DNA of 64,000 nucleotides from Escherichia coli 042 (GTDB lineage Bacteria; Pseudomonadota; Gammaproteobacteria; Enterobacterales; Enterobacteriaceae): NCBI RefSeq assembly GCF_000027125.1, contig NC_017626.1; one strand, 5' to 3'. Shown piece by piece: positions 50,325 to 59,786 of this stretch (position 1 is its first letter; each line of letters starts with the position of its first letter). The notes under the pieces were generated by a model. It saw only the letters and a program-made list of their open reading frames with translations, ran no database searches and was not told where the DNA came from. The position numbers and the translations under genes were made by a program.

Positions 50325-51575
50325 TTATTCACTTGCCTGAGTCGCTCTTGTCGCATTTGTTTTTAAATTATTCAGCATTTGCTTATCAACCGGTTGCAGT
50401 TGTTGTCCTAACAGAGCCGCAAGCAAAATATTTGTGTCTTCTGTTCTTTCGATTTGAAGCATTTGTAATCTTAAATCAAGTGCCTGCATTCTTGCCTGCT
50501 CATGCGCAGTTTCTTTTTCATCAGCACTACTGATTTTTACCTGCCAAGCGTCAGCACCTGTTGTATCTGCATAGCGTGAATAGATCTCATATCTTAACAT
50601 TTCCCACTCTGAAGGATTATCCGGGAATGTTGTGCCGGGAAATAAGGTCGCATACTTGTTTTTTACGGAAGCATCTGACCAAGCAAGGTTTGCTCCCTGC
50701 GTAGAGCCCAATGTGGATCCTATTTTGGCCCCTCTGGAGTTCACTGATATATTACTTGCTTTTTTCATTGCCAGTACGGAATCAATGGCGTTTGTTCCAG
50801 CAGTGCTTCTGGAGACAAAGCTCGAAAAGGCCGATAAATATTCTCGACCTTCATTTGTGTCTTCTAATCCTTTGTTCTTCAATGGTTCAACGGGCAAGTT
50901 CCCTATAAGATTTCTTTTTGCCGCTTCAGCAACCTCAATCTGCTCAACAGAATAGGACTGATTCGAAACCTTATTAGACAATGCATCGGATTTAGATAAT
51001 GGTGGTGTAATCAGGCTTGATGCCGACTTATCTTTATCAGGATACTGACCTATAGTATTACACCCACCTCTGTTATATTTCACATCATCTTCGGAGCAAA
51101 CATTTATTGATACTCTGCCCATGATGTTTTTCTTGGCCTCATTTATTCTGGTATTTGCTTGTGTAAACATCTTAACGCTGTTTTCAGATAAAGCCTCTTT
51201 AGCTGAGCTTGTATTCGATCCTGCTGCACCACGACCACCTGCGCTCGTGACTTCTTCACAGGCGTTGGCATCAGGTATTCTGTTTAAGATATTTTTCATG
51301 CGCTGTTCTTGGATTGCCTGACTGGCATTACTGACAACCGCATTCTTCTGATTCTCACTGGCTGTTATGGTTGCTTGTGCCAGCTTGTCGTTCATTGAGA
51401 CTAATGTTTCAATTATTCCATTGCCCATAGATTGGGGTGAAGCCCCCATAAGATACGGTGTCAAAACCTCTTCTGTGACGGGCCAGACAGCGAAAGCTGT
51501 ATTTGTATATAATACAGAAAAACACAAAGCTGAAACCACTGTTATTCTCTTTACTTTAAATTTATTATTACTCAT
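50325..51575 (-). CDS. Hypothetical secreted protein (416 aa)
   Basis: N-terminal signal peptide (…TNTAFA); Ser/Asn/Thr-rich; SD aggag before the ATG at 51575. Confidence 0.65.
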   Translation of the reverse strand: MSNNKFKVKRITVVSALCFSVLYTNTAFAVWPVTEEVLTPYLMGASPQSMGNGIIETLVSMNDKLAQATITASENQKNAVVSNASQAIQEQRMKNILNRIPDANACEEVTSAGGRGAAGSNTSSAKEALSENSVKMFTQANTRINEAKKNIMGRVSINVCSEDDVKYNRGGCNTIGQYPDKDKSASSLITPPLSKSDALSNKVSNQSYSVEQIEVAEAAKRNLIGNLPVEPLKNKGLEDTNEGREYLSAFSSFVSRSTAGTNAIDSVLAMKKASNISVNSRGAKIGSTLGSTQGANLAWSDASVKNKYATLFPGTTFPDNPSEWEMLRYEIYSRYADTTGADAWQVKISSADEKETAHEQARMQALDLRLQMLQIERTEDTNILLAALLGQQLQPVDKQMLNNLKTNATRATQASE

Positions 51576-51948
51576 CACAACACTCCTGTTAACTTATTAC
51601 CTTCTTTATTATTTAACCAATTAAATATGAACTGTCAATTTTAACAAAAATATTCATCTGGCATCCAACTTTAAAATTATTATAAAAGAAGCGTATAAAT
51701 CCAACGAAGTAGATTCCATGAACTAGCGTGGTGCTTTTATAGCTTTATCGATGAAGATAGATAGCATGAAATAACTTTACTTTTACGGGAGCATAAAACT
51801 TTATAAAAGTAATGTTTCCATTCAAAAAAGCCGTAGCAATATTTTATTTTAGATGCAGCCATTTCAACTTTGTTTATAAGAAAAAATATAAAGTGAGTTT
51901 CATTGCAGATAATAATCAGTTAGAAAGAGGACCGAAGCCCTCTTAATA

Positions 51949-54609
51949 TCACATTCCATCATTACCTTCTTTTGATGATGAACTACCACCGGAAGATCCA
52001 CTACCGCTCCCTTTCTCTGGAGCCTTAAAGCTTTCAATTGGTGAAGCTTGGGCCTGTAAACTTACAGGCAGCAACGGTCTGTTATGTTCACCAAACGATA
52101 CCGCTCTGTTAGCAGCCTTTTGAGCTACATTCATATAACCTGCTGCGCCTGCTGTATCACCAATAGCATCTGCTGCCTCAGCTGCATGGTAAGCCGAGTT
52201 AGCACTTTCAAGAGACTGATATTCATCCTGCTGATCAAGTGGGCCAGCATTACTCATATGAGTTCTGAATGCAGATCCCGTATCATTGGCTTTATTAGCC
52301 GCCAGTGCTTTCCCCTGTTGAGCCTGTTGCTGTTGTTGAAGCTCACGTTGCTGTTCACGGTCTTTGTTAATTTGCGCATTCCTGATCTGATTACCCATCG
52401 CATTTGAGGTATGGGAAACCTGATCCAACACGGTTTTGGTAAACATAGCACCTTCAACACCTTTTGATGCCGACTGTGCGTAACCCGACATGCTCTGACC
52501 ACCATGAACACCAAGCCACTTCATAATTTCATCAGGGATGATGTGAATCAGTGAAAGTGATTTCTTCACTACCGTGAACATCATTGCAATATAAACAGCA
52601 ATGAGAGCCAGTGACTCGATGATACCTATCCCGGCATTGGCTGACATCATGCCAAAAGCGCCGGAGAATGTTTCGTTGACGATCCCACCAAGGATAGGGA
52701 GCATCGTATAGGCTGCTATTAATCCTGTTATCATTAGCGCTGGTCGCATGGTTAACGATAAAACCAGACCATAACCAGCGCCACCACGACCCACTACGCC
52801 ATCACCATCTGGATGTAAATGTGTTATTACCCATAATGGTGCTGCGACCATTGCTTCAAGGCACAGGATCATCCAGCCTACGCAAACACCAAACCACATG
52901 ACGTAAGGCAGCATAGGAATGACGACGGCTAAAGTATCGCCAGCTATCCATAAAGGGATAACCAGTGGCATAACAATCCCCATAGCGCCAAATGCACCCG
53001 ATACCCAGCTTGCAGTCGCTGATGTCCATGCGCCAAGACCTGCCCCAACAACAGCAGAACTCCCTAATAACGTCCAGCCAGCGGCACTGATCGTATCCCC
53101 AAGCCCTTTAACAGCTAATAACGGGTTTATTGCCTGTAAATTGGCAGCGGTTGTGTCCGTCGAGAACGAGACGATTTTCCCTTGTTTTCTTCCATTGATA
53201 ACGCTGGAACTGAGAAAACCCGCCATTGCACCAGAAATGCTCTTATTGGCTTCACTTTGAAGAGAAGAAACTATTTTTCCAGCATCATCTGTTTTAGGGC
53301 CTACACCACTTTTACCACTGGTATTGGCTTCCGTTCGGTTTTGCGCATCAATACCATTCGCATATCTTGAAGCTGTCGTTGATTTCGCCATATCTTGAGC
53401 CACTTTTGCCATAATCGCGTTCAGGCTGTTATCGAATATATCTCCGTATTCCATTGTCGCTTGCCCGGCTACAGGAAGATTATGAGCTGCTCCATTAATC
53501 GCATCCTGCACACGGATCAGTTTCATACTCCATGCGCCAGCCATAAACCATCCGTCTTTCTGGACATTCTCTTTGAAATCATCCCACTGGTCGCCAGTGG
53601 AGAAAACTGTTCGTACTGCAGTATCAATAATGGATACATATGAGGCCGTTGCGCTGTTTATTCCGGTCTGAATATCAATATTATTATCGGCCACATACTG
53701 TTCAGCCAGCGTTTTCATACTATTATCAAGGCCGATAAATGCGGCATTGTGTGCCTCAATAACATCTGAAATATTCGTCTTTATATCCTGTGGCATATAA
53801 GCCATATACATGCCGCCAGCAGCAATGGTAGCCTGAGCTTTAGCCTGTTCGTCATAAGAAGCTTTGGCCTTCGGGTCTGTAAGCGTGATGCTTCCACATG
53901 CAGCCTTGGATACCAGTAAATTTTTATTCATATCATTACCGGCATTGCTGGCTCCATAACTGTATGTGTATAAATAGGCACCTTTCTCCGGTGTCATTTC
54001 AAACGCAGGCGTGACGTGCGGGAAGGGATCGGCTGCTGCTGATTTCTTCCATAATTCTCCCGCCTTTAACATACAGACGTTATTGATAAAGGCGGTTTTC
54101 GCTATGCGATCAAGCTCCTGATAAGATGCAGATGTGGTAATAACAGCCCCATCTGAGGGGTTGGATGCATAGGTATTCCAGACGGTATCTGCCAGACCGA
54201 CTCCCTGATTAATCATCCACAGCACCATAACCTGAGCGGCACAGAAACCACCTGCTGCCGGGAGTATCATTGCCGTGCCTAATGCAGTTCTTACGGGCAA
54301 CCACATGGAAGACCATTTCTTACCCAGCATTTCTCCGTCATGTGCCGTTGACATGGTTCCGGCAATCAGTGTGTAGGCAGCTAAAATGCCACCAACCAGT
54401 AAAACAGCGCTGTTAAGGATTGTCATTGTGCTGGCTAAGGGACTTTCCGCTAAATTGTCCGGGAATAAGATATCCAGAAACCACAGCTTTGATTTGTCTG
54501 TCTCCGGGACGGTAAATAAATCTGCGGCATAAGCTGACTGAGTTAATAACAGGCAAGCTAATATTACTAATAATATCGATACTTCTTTTTTCTTTATATT
54601 TATCATCAT
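51949..54609 (-). CDS. Hypothetical large polytopic membrane protein (886 aa)
   Basis: Signal peptide, hydrophobic blocks near the N-terminus and a dense C-terminal cluster of predicted TM helices, Gly/Ser-rich tail; SD aaggaa; 17 bp after the upstream gene. Confidence 0.7.
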   Translation of the reverse strand: MMINIKKKEVSILLVILACLLLTQSAYAADLFTVPETDKSKLWFLDILFPDNLAESPLASTMTILNSAVLLVGGILAAYTLIAGTMSTAHDGEMLGKKWSSMWLPVRTALGTAMILPAAGGFCAAQVMVLWMINQGVGLADTVWNTYASNPSDGAVITTSASYQELDRIAKTAFINNVCMLKAGELWKKSAAADPFPHVTPAFEMTPEKGAYLYTYSYGASNAGNDMNKNLLVSKAACGSITLTDPKAKASYDEQAKAQATIAAGGMYMAYMPQDIKTNISDVIEAHNAAFIGLDNSMKTLAEQYVADNNIDIQTGINSATASYVSIIDTAVRTVFSTGDQWDDFKENVQKDGWFMAGAWSMKLIRVQDAINGAAHNLPVAGQATMEYGDIFDNSLNAIMAKVAQDMAKSTTASRYANGIDAQNRTEANTSGKSGVGPKTDDAGKIVSSLQSEANKSISGAMAGFLSSSVINGRKQGKIVSFSTDTTAANLQAINPLLAVKGLGDTISAAGWTLLGSSAVVGAGLGAWTSATASWVSGAFGAMGIVMPLVIPLWIAGDTLAVVIPMLPYVMWFGVCVGWMILCLEAMVAAPLWVITHLHPDGDGVVGRGGAGYGLVLSLTMRPALMITGLIAAYTMLPILGGIVNETFSGAFGMMSANAGIGIIESLALIAVYIAMMFTVVKKSLSLIHIIPDEIMKWLGVHGGQSMSGYAQSASKGVEGAMFTKTVLDQVSHTSNAMGNQIRNAQINKDREQQRELQQQQQAQQGKALAANKANDTGSAFRTHMSNAGPLDQQDEYQSLESANSAYHAAEAADAIGDTAGAAGYMNVAQKAANRAVSFGEHNRPLLPVSLQAQASPIESFKAPEKGSGSGSSGGSSSSKEGNDGM

Positions 54610-54625
54610 TACATTCCTTTGCCTC

Positions 54626-55150
54626 TTACTTCATTGAATTACTGATGCTGCTCCAGACATCGTTTCCGTTGACTGTTGCTCCCGATCCTGATGAAGAGCC
54701 AGTTCCTGTAGAAACACTTCCATTTGCGATATTCCCAATCACGGGCATATCAATAGAAATGCTTTCGGATATACTTCCGGTCAGTTGACTTACTTTTTCC
54801 CTCGCAATCGAACAGGCTTTACTTATTGCTGCTTCCTTCGTTTTTTTAATTATTGAATCCACAGATGGCAGGCTGATGCCGAGGTTACCCACAGGCCAAG
54901 CGTCCGTACAACCAATCGTCTCAAGTGACTGATTGATGTTATCCATGAAATTCTTCGCTACCGGCTCTAACTGAGCCGCATCCTGCTTCATTGCGTTATA
55001 TTGCGCTTGTTTTAATGATGAGCTGACATCCGGGCTACAGACTGCTGCATTAGCTGTGGTTGCTGAAATTAATATTGTTGCGGGAAGGATTATTTTGAAA
55101 ATGCGGACACAGACATTTGTTCGCCATTTATTTTTATTAAGTTTATTCAT
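54626..55150 (-). CDS. Hypothetical secreted protein (174 aa)
   Basis: Signal peptide (…TTANA), Gly/Ser-rich C-terminus; perfect SD aaggag. Confidence 0.65.
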   Translation of the reverse strand: MNKLNKNKWRTNVCVRIFKIILPATILISATTANAAVCSPDVSSSLKQAQYNAMKQDAAQLEPVAKNFMDNINQSLETIGCTDAWPVGNLGISLPSVDSIIKKTKEAAISKACSIAREKVSQLTGSISESISIDMPVIGNIANGSVSTGTGSSSGSGATVNGNDVWSSISNSMK

Positions 55151-55470
55151 TTGATACTCCTTTAATTTATTACATTTTATTCACCATATTTTCTTCTTGT
55201 GATTAAATAAAAATACAATGCCTTATTAATATATATTAAATAAAATAGAATTAATCAAGAGAACGATCATTTAATTTGACAATGACTTTATTTTTGATTA
55301 CTGTTTAAAAGTAAATAAATGATTACTCCAAAAAATTTATTACAATACTCTGAAGAGGCCAGTTTATCTGGCTTCTTTTAATTTAATAAGGATTTCACCT
55401 TCCACATTCCAACGTTTAAAATATGAATATATGTGTATAAAAAGTTCAGAGAAGTCGCGTTAATGGATCA

Positions 55471-56235
55471 CTAAATATTATCCCAATCTAACGGTTCTTC
55501 TGGTGGCACAAGACTTGTGTTCTCTACAGAAGGGATTTCATTTATACTTTCACTCTTCACTAACCCTTGAGACTTTTTAGCCTGCAATCTTGCGATTAAC
55601 AAATCTATCTCATCTTGGTTATTAACTTCTTGTATAACTGCTTCAATTGACCTGTTTTTATCTTTAAGTATGCTATTGCCACCGCCATTGACGACTATGC
55701 TTTCGGGTTGTTCTTCCATTGCTTCTTTCTTTTTTATAATCTCTGATACAAAGCGAGCACGATCACCATTGAAGACAATAGCAGGGTTTATGAAATACCA
55801 GTTTTTCTCATTGGTTTTAGCAATAATACGTTTTTCGATGAGTTCTTTGATACCTCTGTAAAAGATAGATTCAGACAAAACAAAGTGATCTATCTTTTCC
55901 GCAAGAGACATTGCCTTTTTACAGCTCAGGTAGAAATGATCTTTGCCTATCGCATCCTGATATATTCGTAAAAATATGAAAAACACTTTGTATGCTGTTT
56001 TCGTGAGATCAAAATATGCTTTTATCTGAGAGGTATAGAGTTTAATGAACTCTTCTTTATCGACCTCTTGTGTATGCACGATATTGGCGAAGTAGCTTTT
56101 ACCTGTATCTTTCTTTTCGATAAGTTCTGTGCCTCTTGAAACGGTCAGATTTTTCTTTCGTGTTTCAATCTTTAGCTCTGTCTCAAAGCAAAAAGGATTT
56201 AACCCTAAATCTAAGTCAACGTCTATTTCATTCAT
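55471..56235 (-). CDS. Winged-helix DNA-binding protein, candidate replication initiator (Rep-like)
   Basis: 254-aa ORF with SD agaggt; 21-bp iterons and an AT-rich tract immediately upstream; product is inference. Confidence 0.5.
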   Translation of the reverse strand: MNEIDVDLDLGLNPFCFETELKIETRKKNLTVSRGTELIEKKDTGKSYFANIVHTQEVDKEEFIKLYTSQIKAYFDLTKTAYKVFFIFLRIYQDAIGKDHFYLSCKKAMSLAEKIDHFVLSESIFYRGIKELIEKRIIAKTNEKNWYFINPAIVFNGDRARFVSEIIKKKEAMEEQPESIVVNGGGNSILKDKNRSIEAVIQEVNNQDEIDLLIARLQAKKSQGLVKSESINEIPSVENTSLVPPEEPLDWDNI

Positions 56236-56401
56236 TTCATTATTACCTCTTGTTGTTTTATTTATAATAAATTAAATACCATGCACAAAAAAGATATCAA
56301 GTTTTTTGCATATTTTTTTGCGAAAATATTTTCAAAATCGCAACTATTCCAGTGACGATACTTTAAAGCACTGTCGTTTTTAAGCTAAAAATGACATAGA
56401 A

Positions 56402-56483
56402 ACTGACTGCAAAGTCAGGAAAGCTCACCGTGCAGTCAGGAATACTGACTATAGAGTCAGGAACACTGACTGTACGGTCAGTC
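56402..56483. repeat. Iteron-like array: four tandem 21-bp repeats (TGACT-N5-AGTCAGGAA-like)
   Basis: AGTCAGGA at 56413, 56434 and 56455 and a degenerate GGTCAGTC at 56476, exact 21-bp spacing; each unit holds the inverted pair ACTGACT/AGTCAG. Confidence 0.8.
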
Positions 56484-56961
56484 GTATATTTTCGTTCTAA
56501 GCCTTATGCCGTAAGGGCTACAGGCCGGTTTTTTCTTAATTTAATTTTGCAAGAAGTAAGAGATAATACTTAATAGGATTAAAAGAAACCGGGCGATTTT
56601 TATAATCGCCATACAGGGTTTCAATATTTTAAATGATTAGTTTTTTTGAGTGCAATATTTATTTTTATTGCGAAGCATTTCTTTCTATTTCACTAACATC
56701 TTTTTTTTGAAAATCACCACCATCTATGAGCTGAAGCTCATGTGCTGACGCACGGCTACGCCCTAACTCTGAAATATGTATTTTTATCTTGATGAGGTGT
56801 CTTATTAATATTGATAGTAAAAAGAGGAAAGATCTTTTCCAGATCATTTCATCATAAAAAACAAAATTGATCCTATGTTTGAACATAGCATTACCGCAAT
56901 AACATATAGCATTTTCCCTTAAACGAATAGGAAAATTATATTTTCAGTAGCAGCACTTAGT

Positions 56962-57018
56962 GATTGTTCAAGACAATCACATTGCTGGAACAGGGTTCAT
57001 CCCTGTCAATGATGGATT
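56962..57018. repeat. Copy B of the repeated 58-bp element
   Basis: gattgttcaagacaatcacattgctggaacagggttcatccctgtcaatgatggatt; two mismatches relative to copy A at 41634. Confidence 0.7.
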
Positions 57019-57100
57019 TATCCATAAAGAATTGCGGCGATAGCCGCTATGAAATAAAGGAGAAACAATTTCATCTGTACTCATATATAAGCAGTGCTAA

Positions 57101-57128
57101 GTGATTGTTTAAAACAATCACTTCGCTG
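57101..57128. repeat. Partial copy C of the repeated element (first inverted repeat only)
   Basis: gtgattgtttaaaacaatcacttcgctg, preceded by agcagtgctaa as in copy B. Confidence 0.55.
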
Positions 57129-57390
57129 TAATAACATTATAGTAAAAATAAAATAGGTAGCACAAGGTGCCATTTTCATAAGGCACAAATGAGTTTCATA
57201 GCAAAACGTTTCTGGATAGATCAATTAAGAAATATTTCAATACAATTCATCCTTCATTGCTGAAAACCTCCAACGCCATTCATAAAACAGCAGGTGCCAT
57301 TCAACAGGCACACATTCCCTTTTACTATATTAAACTTATTACTATATTACAGCTGTTATTTCTCATATAAAACAACATATTACAGAAAAA

Positions 57391-57485
57391 AGGTTATAGG
57401 TTCCTATAACTATGGTTATCGATATCTATAACTCGGATTATAGTTTACTATAACCATAATTAGCAAAAACTATAACTATAGTTCC
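57391..57485. repeat. Array of CTATAAC / GTTATAG palindromic half-sites
   Basis: At least five copies including the palindromes ataactatggttat and aactatagtt, about 200-300 bp upstream of the gene at 57693. Confidence 0.7.
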
Positions 57486-57692
57486 GCACTGAAACTAATC
57501 TTTAAAACTGGCGAGCATTCCACTCTCAATAAACTTATTCCAGTCACGAATCAATAACGGCTTCAATTTATCCTGTTCTGTGGATGGTTTTCCACTATAT
57601 TAAAACTTTTTCCACTTATTTTTGACTTTGTTATTGACCATAGTGTTTAATCTGTTATGTATTAATAAAAACAATAACAAAAGGAAAATACA

Positions 57693-58391
57693 ATGACACA
57701 AATAGATTTTCAATCTCTTAGCAGTTTATCCCCCTTTCAGCTAACACAGTATATTGATGATCATCTTTTCACTAATGAACAGAAAGTGCAGATATTCGAA
57801 CATTATCACAGCACACATAAAGACACTACCAATATCTATTCGAGAAAAGAAAACATTAAATCTATTAAAAAAGATGTTGATTATGTCCATATGTTCACAA
57901 AAAACTTCCAGCAACTCGCAGAACTTGATATTTCCAAGAATGAGTTGAAGGTTATCGCAAGGATTTTAAACATCATGGAGTTTGGAAACTGCTTTCATAT
58001 ATCGCAAGCAAAGCTATGCCGCGACTTAGATATTAAAAAATCAAATATGTCTCTTGTCTTTAAAAAGCTCAAAAAGAAAGGGATCATTATTGATAAAGAT
58101 GGAGATCTCTTTATGAACTCCAACATATTTCTTAAGGGACAAGCGCATTCTATCAATGCCAAACAACGCCCTAATGTTAAAAAGGCACAGGGATTTAACG
58201 CTAATAATGAACCAGTATTTGATAATGTTTATACATTTAATCAAACAAATGATTCTGACAATCAACCTACAGAAGGAATGACTACATCTGAGCCACCAAA
58301 AACATCTGATAGCTGTTCTAACAAAGAAACAGATCCAGCACTGACGCTGCAGTATCCTAAAACAGAAGAGCCAGCTTATGATGATGTTTAA
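57693..58391 (+). CDS. Winged-helix DNA-binding protein (second Rep-like or regulator candidate)
   Basis: 232-aa ORF; central segment LKVIARILNIMEFGNCFHISQAKLCRDLDIKKSNMSLVFKKLKKKGII resembles an HTH/wHTH region. Confidence 0.5.
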   Translation: MTQIDFQSLSSLSPFQLTQYIDDHLFTNEQKVQIFEHYHSTHKDTTNIYSRKENIKSIKKDVDYVHMFTKNFQQLAELDISKNELKVIARILNIMEFGNCFHISQAKLCRDLDIKKSNMSLVFKKLKKKGIIIDKDGDLFMNSNIFLKGQAHSINAKQRPNVKKAQGFNANNEPVFDNVYTFNQTNDSDNQPTEGMTTSEPPKTSDSCSNKETDPALTLQYPKTEEPAYDDV

Positions 58392-58422
58392 TATATAAGC
58401 GAAGAAGCAACATAGTGACTGG

Positions 58423-58689
58423 CTACTGCCAGTCAATGAGATCCTCTGGTGATATCCTATCCTTCTCCATCAATTTGAGGATCTTTTTCATTTTTAACTT
58501 ACGTGCCTTTTTCTCACCAATCTCCTGATAGTATTCTTCCCGCCGTTCCGCTACTACCTTGCGGAACTTCTTCAAGAGTTTGTTCAATGTCTTTATATCA
58601 GTGGTAGCCGCTTCAGCTTGGATTTTTCTATACATATACATAACGTGGAATTCATCAATCATATTAAACCTCTTAGTTTTATCATTCAT
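58423..58689 (-). CDS. Truncated H-NS-like protein (H-NST-like; N-terminal oligomerisation domain only)
   Basis: YRKIQAEAATTDIKTLNKLLKKFRKVVAERREE...ISPEDL aligns by eye with the H-NS N-terminal region [10 protein letters not shown]...LEKLEVVVNERREEE...IDPNELL; no C-terminal DNA-binding motif; SD gaggga. Confidence 0.55.
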   Translation of the reverse strand: MNDKTKRFNMIDEFHVMYMYRKIQAEAATTDIKTLNKLLKKFRKVVAERREEYYQEIGEKKARKLKMKKILKLMEKDRISPEDLIDWQ

Positions 58690-58731
58690 GTGATTTCCCT
58701 CTTTCGAGGGAATACTCATTACATCTAAATA

Positions 58732-59082
58732 TCAAATAACTGTCATTTTTAGCTTCCAGTAAATCGGATCTTCATTTTCATCCTGATTTATATTTTTTGA
58801 AACAAGTTCAATGATGTGTTCTTGATGCCAATACAAGATTGTGGCTTTTAAATCTCTTCTATTGATATCAGATACATCATTTTTGACAGAGTATTTCTTC
58901 ATCTCACGAGCAATCAAAACGTCATATGTGATGCCTGAAAGGAAACCATCATTCAAAATATCTATTGCTGTTTCAGGATGTTTTTCATAAATACCATATA
59001 TCTCATCACAGTATCCTTGTAAGATGTTAGCAACAAGTTCGTTTTTTGTTTCCTCATAACTATTCAATATAATCTCTTTCAT
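58732..59082 (-). CDS. Hypothetical protein (116 aa)
   Basis: ORF in a co-directional cluster of small genes downstream of the alpA-like gene. Confidence 0.5.
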   Translation of the reverse strand: MKEIILNSYEETKNELVANILQGYCDEIYGIYEKHPETAIDILNDGFLSGITYDVLIAREMKKYSVKNDVSDINRRDLKATILYWHQEHIIELVSKNINQDENEDPIYWKLKMTVI

Positions 59083-59121
59083 CTTTAATCCTTTTATTTT
59101 GTTAATGGTTAGTAAAAATAA

Positions 59122-59358
59122 TTAGTTGTTATAACCGATATTGATGATAACGGAGCCATATTCCAAATCTAACTCATCAACTAAATCGTTATTGACATGT
59201 CTATTTAAAGCATCAATCAAGTTCTTATCCCCTATCATTTCTTCTACTGAATACCCACTTAGAGCAACAAATACATCAAAGCTTTCTTGAATAGTATTCA
59301 TTACGTTAGGAGTTCCTTCGCACAGCATACTTACTACTACAGATATTTTATTTGTCAT
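59122..59358 (-). CDS. Hypothetical protein (78 aa)
   Basis: ORF in the small-gene cluster. Confidence 0.45.
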   Translation of the reverse strand: MTNKISVVVSMLCEGTPNVMNTIQESFDVFVALSGYSVEEMIGDKNLIDALNRHVNNDLVDELDLEYGSVIINIGYNN

Positions 59359-59410
59359 TTATATTTTCCTTTATTACTAATCTTAGCCCCTTGCGGGGCA
59401 AAATGGATTC

Positions 59411-59707
59411 TTATTTTCTGAAGCTGTCTGAATATCTAACCAACATAGCAGCAACCATTTCAAAGTTAACCTGATTAATATCACCGTTATTACCCTCTTG
59501 GGCAGTGAATATTTCAAAGTTGTTCTGAATGTGGTCAATCGCATGGATAATAAATGGACTCATAAAATCCGGGTCATCTAGATAATCATTAGCATCCCCA
59601 TCGCCATTAACTTCCATGAACATATTCCAGCTTGTGGCAAATGATCTACATGCAAGGTCATAGAACAGTTCAGTTGATTTATTAATACCTATCTTCTCTT
59701 TAAACAT
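59411..59707 (-). CDS. Hypothetical protein (98 aa)
   Basis: ORF in the small-gene cluster; followed by hairpin gccccttgcggggc. Confidence 0.5.
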   Translation of the reverse strand: MFKEKIGINKSTELFYDLACRSFATSWNMFMEVNGDGDANDYLDDPDFMSPFIIHAIDHIQNNFEIFTAQEGNNGDINQVNFEMVAAMLVRYSDSFRK

Positions 59708-59786
59708 ATTTATATCCTCATAGTTAAATGCTTATTTAATTCATTGTGTTTTTTATTAGCCCCTTCCGGGGCCGAATACGCGGTTA

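Noticed and set aside
56402-56483. Possible CRISPR array (tandem repeats)
   Set aside because: Repeat units are only 21 bp, contiguous with no unique spacers, with internal dyad symmetry and an adjacent AT-rich tract; this is iteron architecture. No cas genes in the window.
56665-56886. 73-aa minus-strand ORF beside the repeated element
   Set aside because: It lies in an AT-rich, repeat-dense regulatory region with no SD; more likely non-coding.
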